Assembly (NCBI RefSeq): GCF_000142905.1
Contig: NW_013657678.1
Span: 558,001-622,000, forward strand
Origin: Thecamonas trahens ATCC 50062
Lineage: Eukaryota; Protista; Apusomonadida
Direction of reading: 5' to 3'
DNA length: 64,000 nt
The position numbers and the translations under genes were made by a program. This document shows positions 1-9,952 of this stretch, piece by piece. The notes under the pieces were generated by a model, which had not been told where the DNA came from, searched no databases, and saw nothing but the letters and a program-made list of their open reading frames with translations. Numbering within the stretch: the stretch's first letter is position 1; each line of letters starts with the position of its first letter.

Positions 1-360
1 GCCATTGAGGTCCGAGATGGCGTTGGCGCGAGGCGATGACGACGACGACGAGGCTGGGAGCGAGGAGGGAGAGATCAACGATGAAGATGACGACGGCGAT
101 GATGTGGGACGAGAGGGCGAAGAGAGGGCCGACGAGGGAAGCAGGTGATGCTTGGAAGAGGTGGCGACCAACAGTGGTGCCAGCAGAGGGGTGTTGTTGA
201 TTGGCGGCGGAGTGGGGCCGCCCGACACCACATGCTTGTGCCACGCGAGGAACCAGTTGAACGAGAGGAGGCAGAGTGAGCTGTGCTCGACCTCGACGTT
301 GCCTGCCGACTCGACAGATGACGCCACTGCCAGGCAGGCCGCCACTTCCTCGTTGTCCAT
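1..360 (-). CDS. 5' part of a DUSP-domain protein (likely ubiquitin-specific protease); runs off the window edge
   Basis: My own translation from ATG at 360 is open to position 1: MDNEEVAACL...LCLLSFNWFLAWHKHVVSGGPTPPPINNTPLL. This resembles the DUSP pattern (L-I/L-S-x-x-W-F-x-x-W ... P-x-P-I-D/N-N-x-x-L-L). Confidence 0.55.
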   Translation of the reverse strand, partial: MDNEEVAACLAVASSVESAGNVEVEHSSLCLLSFNWFLAWHKHVVSGGPTPPPINNTPLLAPLLVATSSKHHLLPSSALSSPSRPTSSPSSSSSLISPSSLPASSSSSSPRANAISDLNG

Positions 361-508
361 GAGGAAGAGATGTGGTGAGTGAGAGTGTGTGGGTGTGTCG
401 GGTGGTGTGAGTCGCGTGACTGGCAGAAGAGAGGATGGGCGCCACGGGCAGTGGGAATGTGATGTATGGTTTATATTTCATTATTTTTGCCTCATAGTCC
501 AACAATTG

Positions 509-589
509 GAGCAGGTGGCCGAGTGGTTAAGGCGCTGTGTTCAGGTCGCAGTATCTTCGGATGCGCAGGTTCGAGTCCTGTCCTGCTCA
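509..589 (+). tRNA. trnL-CAG: tRNA-Leu(CAG), copy 1
   Basis: Acceptor stem GAGCAGG/CCTGCTC+A; A-box TGGCCGAGTGG; anticodon arm CTGTG-TTCAGGT-CGCAG (CAG at 542-544); long variable arm ATC-TTCG-GAT; T-loop GGTTCGAGTCC; downstream oligo-T Pol III terminator. Confidence 0.96.
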
Positions 590-688
590 GTTTGTTTTTT
601 GCCCTTTTTTTTGCCTCCGTGGCGCTGCTTGTGCACTTGAATGTACACATAAAATACAGCTGCGACCTCATTACTCAACCTATACAAC

Positions 689-769
689 GAGCAGGTGGCC
701 GAGTGGTTAAGGCGCTGTGTTCAGGTCGCAGTATCTTCGGATGCGCAGGTTCGAGTCCTGTCCTGCTCA
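689..769 (+). tRNA. trnL-CAG: tRNA-Leu(CAG), copy 2
   Basis: Identical 81-nt sequence 180 bp downstream of copy 1, followed by a T8 run. Confidence 0.96.
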
Positions 770-1105
770 GATTTCTTTTTTTTGCCTTGTGTTCGACCCT
801 CTCGAGCACCAGCGCGATGTCATGGCAATGATGACAAGGAGGATGTGTATGATGGTGATATCGGTGCTCGTCCTGGCAGTGGGCGGGACGTGGCGCGTTT
901 GGTGAGCGGATGCAAGTACTCGCTGTCATGGCGCTGGCAGCAGGTGCTGGTCGGGATATTCGTGGGTTGGCGCCAAGACGGCGAGAAGGGCGGCAGCAGT
1001 AACAACCGCAATGCCGACGCCACCCAACGCCAGCCGCCACTACCACAGCCGCCACGTGTAGTCACCGCCTGGTGGGGTTGGGGTGCGTGTGGGTGTATTC
1101 CTGAC

Positions 1106-3945
1106 ATGGCGTTCTCGAGAGCTGCGCGATTCCGTTCTCGGAAGCCCTCGCCGGCGCTCGAGTTGGCAGATGTGGCTGGCGAGACCGATGGCGATGGCAG
1201 AACCGGTGATGGTGATGCGAGCTGGACGAGCGAGTACTCGGAGAGTGACATCGGCACAGCGTATGCAGCGACAACGTTTGGAGAGCGGGCTCCTGGTGTG
1301 CGGTTCGGGACAGGCGCTGCTCGGCGGGATGTTGGGCCCGACTTGTCATCATCGTCCGACTACGAGAGCTACTCGTCATCCCTGTCGGGATCGTACTCGT
1401 ACTCTTACTCGCGATCGAGCAGTGTTGTCAGCGAGGAGGGCAGAGCATGGAAGAATCTTCTGCCGAGAGCAAGGATCAAGGGTGCAAGATTCGGGACGGC
1501 ACCCAGGTTTGGGCAAGCGCCCAAGTGCTTCTCGACGAGCTCGGGATCCAGCAGCGAGAGCTATGGGTACTATGACTCGTCGATTACGAGCTCGACGTTC
1601 AGCTCCAGCGAGGCTGTTGTCCGGTGCAAGGGCGGAGTCATCGGGAGGGCGCCGCGGATGCCGGGCTTTGGCGCGGGCGCCCAGCATGGTTCGAGCTCGG
1701 GCTCGGGTCTCGAGCTGGATATCGTGTATCCAGACCCACACGTGCCCGGGCCACAGTGGCGGGTGCCAACGACGCCACCGACGCGGCTGCCGCATCAGCG
1801 CGAGCGCGAGCCGCCGTTGCGAAATGTCAACGCGGCTCTGGACGCGATCGAGCCGCGCCGCGGGAGCAAGGCTTCGTTTGCCAAGGCCAAGCGCGAGCTC
1901 TCACCGCCCAAGCCGGCAACATCAAGGCGGGCAAGCGCACTCGAGCCTCAGCTCGATGCGGTTCGGATCCGCGAGCCGGCATTCTCGTTTGGACGAGCCG
2001 CGGCGCGGCCAAAGAGCCCGAGCCCACCGCCTAGCCCGCTACCGTTGGGCGAGATGCTGCCGCCGGTGGCAGAGAGTGCTGGTGTTGGCCCGAGCGTGAC
2101 ATTTGGCAGGGCTAAGGCACGACCGGAGCCTATCTCACTCACGGCGCGGGTACCGCTGCGGAACCCGTCCATGGACGCGGTGCTCCCTGCGACGCCTGTG
2201 GCGTCGCTCACCCGGTCACAGCGCGAGGCTGCCGCGTCCTCAGCTCGGGATTGTCGTCCGCTCTATGCACCACCATCAGAGCTTGGCGAAGGGGCCGGAC
2301 CTGCGCTGCCTCGCGCCCCGCGGTTGCCGCGGCCGGCATCGCCGGACGAGCGGCCGCTACCGGATCCCGCGTTTGACGCCTCTATCCGCGCTTCTGTCAA
2401 CGGCGCACTGAGGCTCGACGGCTACGCGCCGCGGCCAAGCCCGACAGCAGTATCGGCGGCAGCACGGGTTCCGCTCCGCAACATTGATGCAGCACTGGCG
2501 GCGACCGAGCCGGCAGTCCCAGGCGGTCGGATGGGCTACGCTCAGCTCCGCGGCGATCACTTTGCCACCGACGGCGACATTCTCGTTCTGCACCCCGACT
2601 GGGAAGCAGTCTTGCCACGGGCTCCGGGCCAGACCATGGCGCGGGCAGCTGCTGAGCCGGTCGGGCTCGACAGTGACGATGAGGTACCAGGCCCTGGCGC
2701 GTACGAGCCGGTTGTAAGCGAGAACGTACCGGGCGGCGTCATCGGCGAAGCGGCTCGGGCGCCGACAAAGGTCGCTGCGAGCCGTAGCCCCGGACCCGGA
2801 TCGTACGACCTGCGCGCCGCGCTAGATGCCGTGTTTGGCAACGTACCAGGCGCTGCACTCGATGTTACCGGCCGTGGGGCTCGGAGTGGCTGGGCGGCGA
2901 CCGGCAGTGTGACGACTCGGGTACCGCTGCTCGCTATGGATGCGCCAGGATTGGGCAAAGCCATAACGGGCCCAGCCACGTTTGGGCGCGCTGCTCACGA
3001 CGATGCACCAGAGGCTGACGATCGCGTCTACGATGTCAGCTGGAGCGGCGTCGAGCCGGCGGTGCCGGCGGCACGCGTGTTGTCACGGCCGCTGGCAAAA
3101 GAACCCGTGATGGGCGCGGCGCCCTCGACATTCAGTGGAACGCAGTTGAGGCGCTGCCGCGGTCTGCAGTAGTGCCAGCAGCTGAGCGGATGACAAGTGC
3201 GGCGACAATCACATCGAGAATCGGCGGCTACGTGGTGAACCACGCGAGCGTCGAGGCTGCGTCACAGGCGGCGGTGTTTGGCGGTGCGGTGGCGCGGCCT
3301 GATGTTTGCGCACCGAACGGGACTAGCGCCGGCATCGGGCCGGGGGCGTACGACGTGGCGCGCGGCGAGGAACTGACCCGTGCGCGAACGATCGGCGGCG
3401 TCATATCCCTCTTGGTCGCTGCAGCGTCAATGGGTAGCAGCGATGTGGGTCCTGGCAGCTACGACGTGACCGGCGCATGCGCCGCGCTCGCCAAACATGT
3501 TCCCGCGGCTGTGTTTGGCGCATCGCGGACAGGGCTCACACGCGAGCAACGCGGGGTGCTGAAGCAGATCACGCTGTATGAGTTGCTCTTTCGGCTCCCG
3601 CCGGGACTGGAGAACGCGCCGGCTGCCCTCGCAGCGCTGGAGCGGGCACGCAGCGGTGCCGGGGCAGGCACTGGACCGGGACCTGGTGACTACGATGCCG
3701 ACGACCGCGCGGTGCGAAAGCGGGTGGTGGGTGGAGCAGTGGGCAAGGCCGGGATGGGCCCTGTCTGCCGCGGCGAGGACATCCTGCTCTGGGACGTGCT
3801 GTTTGGACCCGGAATGGGCAGCTTGGCGCGCACCGAGCTGCCGGCTGCCGCAGTCAAGCCCAAAGGACAGGCGCGTCGGCGACGCAAGAGTCGGCCACGG
3901 GCGCTTGCCTGGCTGGGAGCGGACAAACGTGTCAAGGGGGAGTGA
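1106..3945 (+). CDS. SHIPPO/ODF3/STPG-like PG-rich repeat axonemal protein (two ORFs joined by a probable 1-bp frameshift near 3105)
   Basis: Repeated PGPGAYE, PGPGSYD, GPGAYDV, GPGSYDV and PGPGDYD motifs plus FGxAxR repeats across ORFs 695-3172 and 3172-3945. ATG 1106 chosen because the upstream part of the ORF overlaps the tRNA. Confidence 0.7.
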
Positions 3946-3997
3946 GACAAGTCAGGACGGGTGTGTTCATGACGGCAGAAACCGAGGTCGGCGGCGG

Positions 3998-5593
3998 CTA
4001 GCGGTAAAGATGGCCGGAGCCGAGGACGTTGCGAACGTCGTCGACGTGAGTCAGCTCCTCGAGGAACGGAATGAGGTCAAGGAGCTCGGTATCCTCCATG
4101 TCGTCAAACCAGGAGGTGCATGCGACGGCATTGTCGGGATCAAAGAGGTAGGAGACAGGCGAGTTGTCAACAATGAGGATGCCGGCCATGTCGCGGCCGA
4201 GGGCAGAGAGGTCCTTGACAAAGTTGCCCTTGGTGGAGACGCACGAGTCGCGGTAGAGGCGGGAGCGGACGACCTTATGGGCGTCGAGGAGGTCGATGAC
4301 CGGGTTTGCGTACTTTGCGAGCGAGGCGGTATAAATGACGACCTCGTAGAGCTCGCCCATGCGGCGGAGGAACTCGTCACAGTGCGGCCGCACGAGGACG
4401 TACACCATGTGGGTCTCACCCTCGATCTCAACGGGGACAATAAATGACGAGTTCTCGGTGGGTCGGAACGACGAGTGGACAAGGGTCTCATCGAGGTCAA
4501 GGACAAGAGTCTTCTTGCCGACGTCTGCCGGGTGCATCGGGCCGAGCAGACCGTAGTCGTAGTTGGGCTCAACAACCGGCGGCGGGCTTGGCTGGCCGCC
4601 ACCGTAGCTGGGCACGACAGCGCCGGGCGCCTGGCCGGCATCCGAGGCGGCAAACATGGTCATCTGGGTGCCATCAGCAGGGGTGTAGCCGGTAGCGGCG
4701 GCCCCGTTTGCTACCGGCAACAGTGTGTTCGAGTCGGTGCCTTGCTGGCCTGCGGCGACTGGGCCGGGCGCACCTGGGTCTCCGCCCTGGGCTGGAGCGT
4801 TGGACGGCGGAGGGCGAGAGCCACAGCAGCAGATTTTGTCCCAGAACGACGGTGGCGGGGCTGCGGCGTGCTGCTGGCCCTGGTGCTGCTGCTGGCCCTG
4901 GTGCTGCATCTGGCCGTGCTGCATGTGCTGCATTTGGCCGTGCTGCTGCTGATGGAGCATTTGCATCTGCTGCGGGTGTTGCTGGCCTTGCGGCATGTGA
5001 TGATGGTGGTGGTGCTGCTGCTGCATGTGATGCTGCTGTGCCAAGTGCTGCATCTGGATCTGCTGCGCCGCAGCCTGCTGCTGATGCAGCGACTGAGCAG
5101 GCGGCGGCGAGCCTTGACTCCCACCGGTAGCTGCAGCACCACCCGATCCTGGCGGAGGGATAGCGGTGGGATACATGGGCGGCGGAGTGGCATGTTGACC
5201 GGGACCAGGCCCCGCGCCAGTCCTTGCTCCACCCGCTGCACCGCCGTACGAGTAGGCAGGCATGTATGCCACGGGTCTGTTTGACGGATGGACGCCATGT
5301 TGCTGTTGATGAGCCTGAGGAGGACCACCAGCACCAGCATGTGTTGATGGATACCTCGATCCCCGACCAGTACCAGTACCCGAACCATTTCCACTAGATC
5401 CACCACTTGCGTTCCCGGCTCCCATTCCACTCACACTCCCTCCTCCGGAACCACCTCCACTCCCACCCCCCCCTCGGCCTCTCCGTCTTTGCATGCGAGC
5501 GGCTTGGATTTGGGCATGGGTAAGTCCATGACCACCACCACTTCCTCCACTACCGTCAGGTCGCGCAACTTGGGTAATAAGGTGCTCAGCCAT
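3998..5593 (-). CDS. Small CTD phosphatase (SCP/CTDSP/Psr1-2 family, HAD superfamily)
   Basis: [17 protein letters not shown] (DxDxT motif), VRPH, YTAS, VKDLS, IVDNSP. Q/H/G-rich N-terminus and a CCC cluster. Confidence 0.93.
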   Translation of the reverse strand: MAEHLITQVARPDGSGGSGGGHGLTHAQIQAARMQRRRGRGGGGSGGGSGGGSVSGMGAGNASGGSSGNGSGTGTGRGSRYPSTHAGAGGPPQAHQQQHGVHPSNRPVAYMPAYSYGGAAGGARTGAGPGPGQHATPPPMYPTAIPPPGSGGAAATGGSQGSPPPAQSLHQQQAAAQQIQMQHLAQQHHMQQQHHHHHHMPQGQQHPQQMQMLHQQQHGQMQHMQHGQMQHQGQQQHQGQQHAAAPPPSFWDKICCCGSRPPPSNAPAQGGDPGAPGPVAAGQQGTDSNTLLPVANGAAATGYTPADGTQMTMFAASDAGQAPGAVVPSYGGGQPSPPPVVEPNYDYGLLGPMHPADVGKKTLVLDLDETLVHSSFRPTENSSFIVPVEIEGETHMVYVLVRPHCDEFLRRMGELYEVVIYTASLAKYANPVIDLLDAHKVVRSRLYRDSCVSTKGNFVKDLSALGRDMAGILIVDNSPVSYLFDPDNAVACTSWFDDMEDTELLDLIPFLEELTHVDDVRNVLGSGHLYR

Positions 5594-6449
5594 GGTGCAC
5601 CCTACTCAAAGGGAGTTCCCACTGGTCTGAAGACAAGAGTACCCGCCCTTGTCCTCCCCTTCCCCCTCCCCCCCTCCCCCCCCCCTCCTACCCTCACCGA
5701 GGCCGCTCCCTCCCTTGCTGCCGTTTGCCGCTCGTTTTGGCGGTTGCGGCAATGGCGAGGGGAGAAATCCCGGCTAAAAAAATATGCGCTCGTAGCGAAG
5801 AGGCGGCTTGGTTGGTTGCTTTTCCCCAGCCTCCTCCCCAGCTATGGTAACATGGTAGTTTATCTGTATTATGCATGTGCGTTGCTACGCGAGGTATGAA
5901 ATGCTTGCTGTGGCTCCTGAAGTTGCTGTGATGGCGGTGTGGTCCTACCTGCCAAGCAGGTGCTGAGCAGAGAGTCTGGCAGTTTTTTGGGCCTCCTACT
6001 TCCATGGGCAAACAGTTCCGAGCCCAATGGCTTGATATGTCCTCGCAGCTTGGCGATGGGCCTGTCAGAATGGCATCGACCCCCCCCCCCCCCCCCCCCC
6101 CTGCGTATCATGAGCCACTGACGGGCCCTGGACGTGTGTGGCTGAGGGTAAGACAGGCAGTATGCTGGTGGTGCGTCGTTAATTGGCGTGAACGTTTGTT
6201 GGCCCGCAAGTCTGTCACTGATGTTCGTCTCGATCTTGCTCCTCGCTCACCAAGAATAGCAAGTATCGTCGGCGACGTGTTGGCTGTAGTGTGGGGAGAG
6301 GTTACATCATCGATCATAGGCGATGTTGTCAATGCCAGCGACGGTGCGGGGGGCGAACCATTCCTTCCCATGGAAGCCGAGCTCCAAACCCACCCCGTCA
6401 CATCACACACTGATTACACTCGACTGCGCGCTGCCCCACACCGCGGACC

Positions 6450-7541
6450 ATGGACATGCCAAGGAGCCGCAAACAGCAGCATCTTCCGTTTGATGTCGAG
6501 TCGTGGTACTCCATTCTGACTGTGAGTCCAAGTTTGACCTTTCCCACCACCTTTCTCGACTTTCCGCCGACAGCTGCCGCCGCTGTCGTCGCCAGCTACC
6601 GCGCGCGCTACTGCGGCGATGCCGAACCAAGCGCCGAGGCGGAAGCCGAGCTCGATCAAGTGCAACATGCCCTGGATATCAGTCTCGCGAGTCCTGACTT
6701 TGCCGATGGTGCATTTGTTCGCCTCTCGTCGAGGTCGCCAAAGGACGGGGAGCCGCTACACGGCGCTGGAGCCGCGTTGCGCTCGGCGTACCTGGCGGCG
6801 CGGGCAGCACGGGTGGCGTCGACGATGGCCGCGCTCGGATGCTCAGATAACGCACCAGGCCTACTGGCCAATGCTCAGTTTCTCGCGGTCGCGGATGTGA
6901 CGGCGCCGCTGCTCCGGGTCACGTCAGGCGCTGAGGCCATGGCACTGATACTCTCGTCGGAACGGGTGTTCGCGGACATGCTCCTCGCGCTCGACTGCGC
7001 TGACGACAGATGCTGGGCGACGCAGGTGGCTATCCGGGCGTGGGACTCGAACGTCGATCCGAGCGCAGAGTTCCGGCTCTTTGTGTACAACGGGCGGCTA
7101 GCGGCTATCTCGCAGTACAACCACTATGTGGTTGTGCCAGGGCTTGTGGACCGCGTCGACGCGCTCCGCCCGGTCCTGGTCGAGGCGTGGCTTGCAGTCG
7201 ACGCTCGGCTTCGCGCCTCGGCATCAAGCATCGACTATGCGTCGTATGTGCTTGATGTGGGCGTCTACGCTGACAACGCGTCGTGGATTGTCATCGAGCT
7301 CAACCCGTTTGCCATCTCGACAGGTGGCGCCCTCTTCTCCTGGACCGCCGACGCCGCACTCCTTCATCCGGCCTCCCAAGCAGAGGTCGACAAGGTGCCA
7401 TTCCGGGTCCACGACGAGCTCTTACCGCAACTTGCCGACATGGGCGAGTACGTCGAAAGCGAGCTCTTCGCCCGATGCACTCTGCCGACGGTGCCTCCAC
7501 AACCGCCTCTTCAAGCCGGCGGCTGGTGCGTGCTGCTTTGA
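6450..7541 (+). CDS. Cdc123/D123-like (R2K) ATP-grasp protein with C-terminal CaaX
   Basis: FVRLSSRSPKD, SSERV, EFRLFVYNGRLAAISQY, IELNPF, TGGALFSW; ends CVLL-stop. Confidence 0.8.
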   Translation: MDMPRSRKQQHLPFDVESWYSILTVSPSLTFPTTFLDFPPTAAAAVVASYRARYCGDAEPSAEAEAELDQVQHALDISLASPDFADGAFVRLSSRSPKDGEPLHGAGAALRSAYLAARAARVASTMAALGCSDNAPGLLANAQFLAVADVTAPLLRVTSGAEAMALILSSERVFADMLLALDCADDRCWATQVAIRAWDSNVDPSAEFRLFVYNGRLAAISQYNHYVVVPGLVDRVDALRPVLVEAWLAVDARLRASASSIDYASYVLDVGVYADNASWIVIELNPFAISTGGALFSWTADAALLHPASQAEVDKVPFRVHDELLPQLADMGEYVESELFARCTLPTVPPQPPLQAGGWCVLL

Positions 7542-9274
7542 ATCGGGAGCGGGAGCGCGAGGAGTGGGGACGCGACACGGCAGGCTCGACGCGCTGCCTC
7601 GGCATGGCGGGAATGGCTAGCATCGTAGCGCCAGCTCGTCTCGCTGCCGGCGTCGAGGACTTTGACTGGATGCTTGGCCTGGATGTCGTCGCGAAGCGCG
7701 TCGCAGAGTGCCCAGCCGGCACCGATGGAGGCCGGTGGCGCCATACCAAGGAGTGAGGCAGCTGTTGCACCGACGGCGCCTGTCACGCTGTCTGCGCTCT
7801 TGGCGACGAGTGCCGACCGGAGCTCACGCCTCACAGCCATAGCGTGAACAAGCTCAGCGCGCACGCAGTCATCCAGTGCACCCTGCACCGTTGCCTGCCA
7901 TCTGAACCCGAGTGCATCGAGAGCGGAAACGAGCGCGATGCCTTCAGCCGAAGGCCCAGTGGGATCAATGCTAGCTACCCGGTTGCGGGCATCATCCACC
8001 AGCGTCCGGGCGTCGAGGCTCGGGGCGGCAAGATGGGCCCAGGCGGTGCGGAGCTCGTCGAGGGCGGCGTCGACATGGGTGACGTCAACGGCGTGCGAGG
8101 CAGCAGCCGACGGCGCAAGGGTAGCAAGTAGCTGGGCCTCGATGGCGCGAGCTTCGGCGAAAACCGCGGCGACGTCGGCGGTCATCGCGCACGGAGCGGA
8201 CCGCGGGTGGAGGGCGGCGAAGAGGCGAAAGTGGTCACCCGAGCCGGCGCCGTTTTCAAGCACGTCGCTCACAGTGATAAAGTTCTTGAGACTCTTGGAC
8301 ATTTTGGCGCCGTCGATGTGGAGGTGGGAGATGTGGGCAAAGAGGCGGGCCCAGGATGTGGGCTTGTCGCGCGGCGCGTCGAGCCACGCCAGGCACTGGG
8401 CGATCTCGTTGGTGTGGTGCGGAAACTTGAGGTCAATGCCACCGGCGTGGACGTCGAGCGTGGCCCCAAACTGGGCGGTCGCCATCGCTGAGCACTCTAT
8501 GTGCCATCCTGGGCGGCCAGGCCCCCACGGGGCGGGCCATGCTACGGCTGCTGGCGATGCATCGCCCTTCCACAGCGCAAAGTCCGCCGGCGCGCGCTTA
8601 CCCGGGGCTTGGGCCGAATCGCTGTCGCCGTCGTCATCGCCGCCACCGCCAATGCCATGCCTACAGCCACTCAAACCAGCCGAGGCCTTGAACATGGCGG
8701 CTGGATACGCGTCCCCGTACGTCTCTGTGTCAAAGTATACCGAGCCCGAGGAGTGGTCGACGTAGGCGGCGCCACGGGCGACAAGATCGGCGATAAAGGC
8801 GACAATGGTGGGCATGGCGTCGGTGACGCGGGGTGCAGCGTGCGGAGGCGCAACACCAAGGCCTGCCATGTCGCGATTGAAGCTTGCCTCCATGTCGGCC
8901 GCGAGCTCGGCGTGGCCGATGTCCAGCTCTGCTGCGCGGGCGATAATCTTGTCGTCGATGTCTGTGACGTTGCGGACCGATGTAATTCGGACGCCAAAGA
9001 GGCTTCCCAGCATCCGCTGCATGAGATCAACATGTACATACGTCCATCCGTGGCCGAGATGCGCCGGGGCGTAGACCGTCGGCCCGCATGTGTACCAGCT
9101 CAGCTCAGCGCCCGGCTCGCAGACTGGCACCACGGTCTCACTATACGACGAGAGCATGTGTGGAGAAGGATGACTCCTTGACGCCGCCGTCATCGACGCC
9201 CTTGTCCGCGCCACGCAGTGGTACCGGCGGATGCATTGTTGCGTTGCTGTGAGCAGACTGCCCCGGAGCGCCAT
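7511..9274 (-). CDS. CARS2: Cysteinyl-tRNA synthetase, probably mitochondrial
   Basis: WYTCGPTVY, HLGH, NVTDIDDKII, DFALWK, GRPGWHIECSAM, HAGGIDLKFPHH, KMSKS. Arg/Ser-rich presequence-like N-terminus from ATG 9274. Confidence 0.92.
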   Translation of the reverse strand: MALRGSLLTATQQCIRRYHCVARTRASMTAASRSHPSPHMLSSYSETVVPVCEPGAELSWYTCGPTVYAPAHLGHGWTYVHVDLMQRMLGSLFGVRITSVRNVTDIDDKIIARAAELDIGHAELAADMEASFNRDMAGLGVAPPHAAPRVTDAMPTIVAFIADLVARGAAYVDHSSGSVYFDTETYGDAYPAAMFKASAGLSGCRHGIGGGGDDDGDSDSAQAPGKRAPADFALWKGDASPAAVAWPAPWGPGRPGWHIECSAMATAQFGATLDVHAGGIDLKFPHHTNEIAQCLAWLDAPRDKPTSWARLFAHISHLHIDGAKMSKSLKNFITVSDVLENGAGSGDHFRLFAALHPRSAPCAMTADVAAVFAEARAIEAQLLATLAPSAAASHAVDVTHVDAALDELRTAWAHLAAPSLDARTLVDDARNRVASIDPTGPSAEGIALVSALDALGFRWQATVQGALDDCVRAELVHAMAVRRELRSALVAKSADSVTGAVGATAASLLGMAPPASIGAGWALCDALRDDIQAKHPVKVLDAGSETSWRYDASHSRHAEAARRACRVASPLLALPLPIQSSTHQPPA

Positions 9275-9952
9275 GCCGCGTCTGGTCGAGTGGGTTGAGC
9301 GGAGTGGCTTTGAGTTGCGTCGAGGCTGGTCGGCTGGCCGGCGAGGGACAGACACTCGCGACGGGACGACTTGCGGCGGGCGGTCGCAATTGCAAACAAC
9401 TCATCAGCATGGTACCCCAATACGTAACAGGTACCCCCTCTGGCTGGCGTCCTGGATGTAGTGACTCACAGTCGAAAGGTGAATGGCTCTCCACCTTGAT
9501 TATCGATGCTCTCATGACCGCTGCGTAGCTGTGCCAGGACCGAGCTTTCCGACAGCGTTTCCGGTTCTGCTGCTGATACCACTGCGATGGCTCAACTCCA
9601 TGTGCCCGAGTCTTGCTAGAGTCGATGACCACTGATTGCTTTTCTTCTACGCCCCCCCCCCCCCCCCCCCCCCCCTCGTCCTTGGATCGGATGTACTGGA
9701 TGGTGATTCGGCGGATGGCTGGGACAAATTTTGCGGCCAAAAAAAAAATATGCGCGGGTTTTGATACGCGTGCGAATCTGCTCAAACGCCTTCCCTGCCG
9801 TACGACTTGGCAGGGAGGGGAGGGGGGGCATGTTGTTCCAAAGGACGCACCCTTTTCTCGGGCCAACACAGTGCGGGAGCTTGGCACACGTTGCACAAGC
9901 ACTACTTGACGTTGTGGGTCAACACGTGGCCTCTTCCCCACATACTGGCGTC

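Noticed and set aside
540-546. TCA in the anticodon loop suggesting tRNA-Sec or an opal suppressor
   Set aside because: The 7-nt loop TTCAGGT centres on CAG, and the 7-bp acceptor stem and A discriminator fit tRNA-Leu.
509-769. Direct repeats with a spacer resembling a CRISPR array
   Set aside because: There are only two units, both are tRNA genes, the context is eukaryotic and no cas genes are present.
695-1105. N-terminal extension of the 825-aa ORF
   Set aside because: It starts at GTG inside the tRNA gene; ATG 1106 is more plausible.
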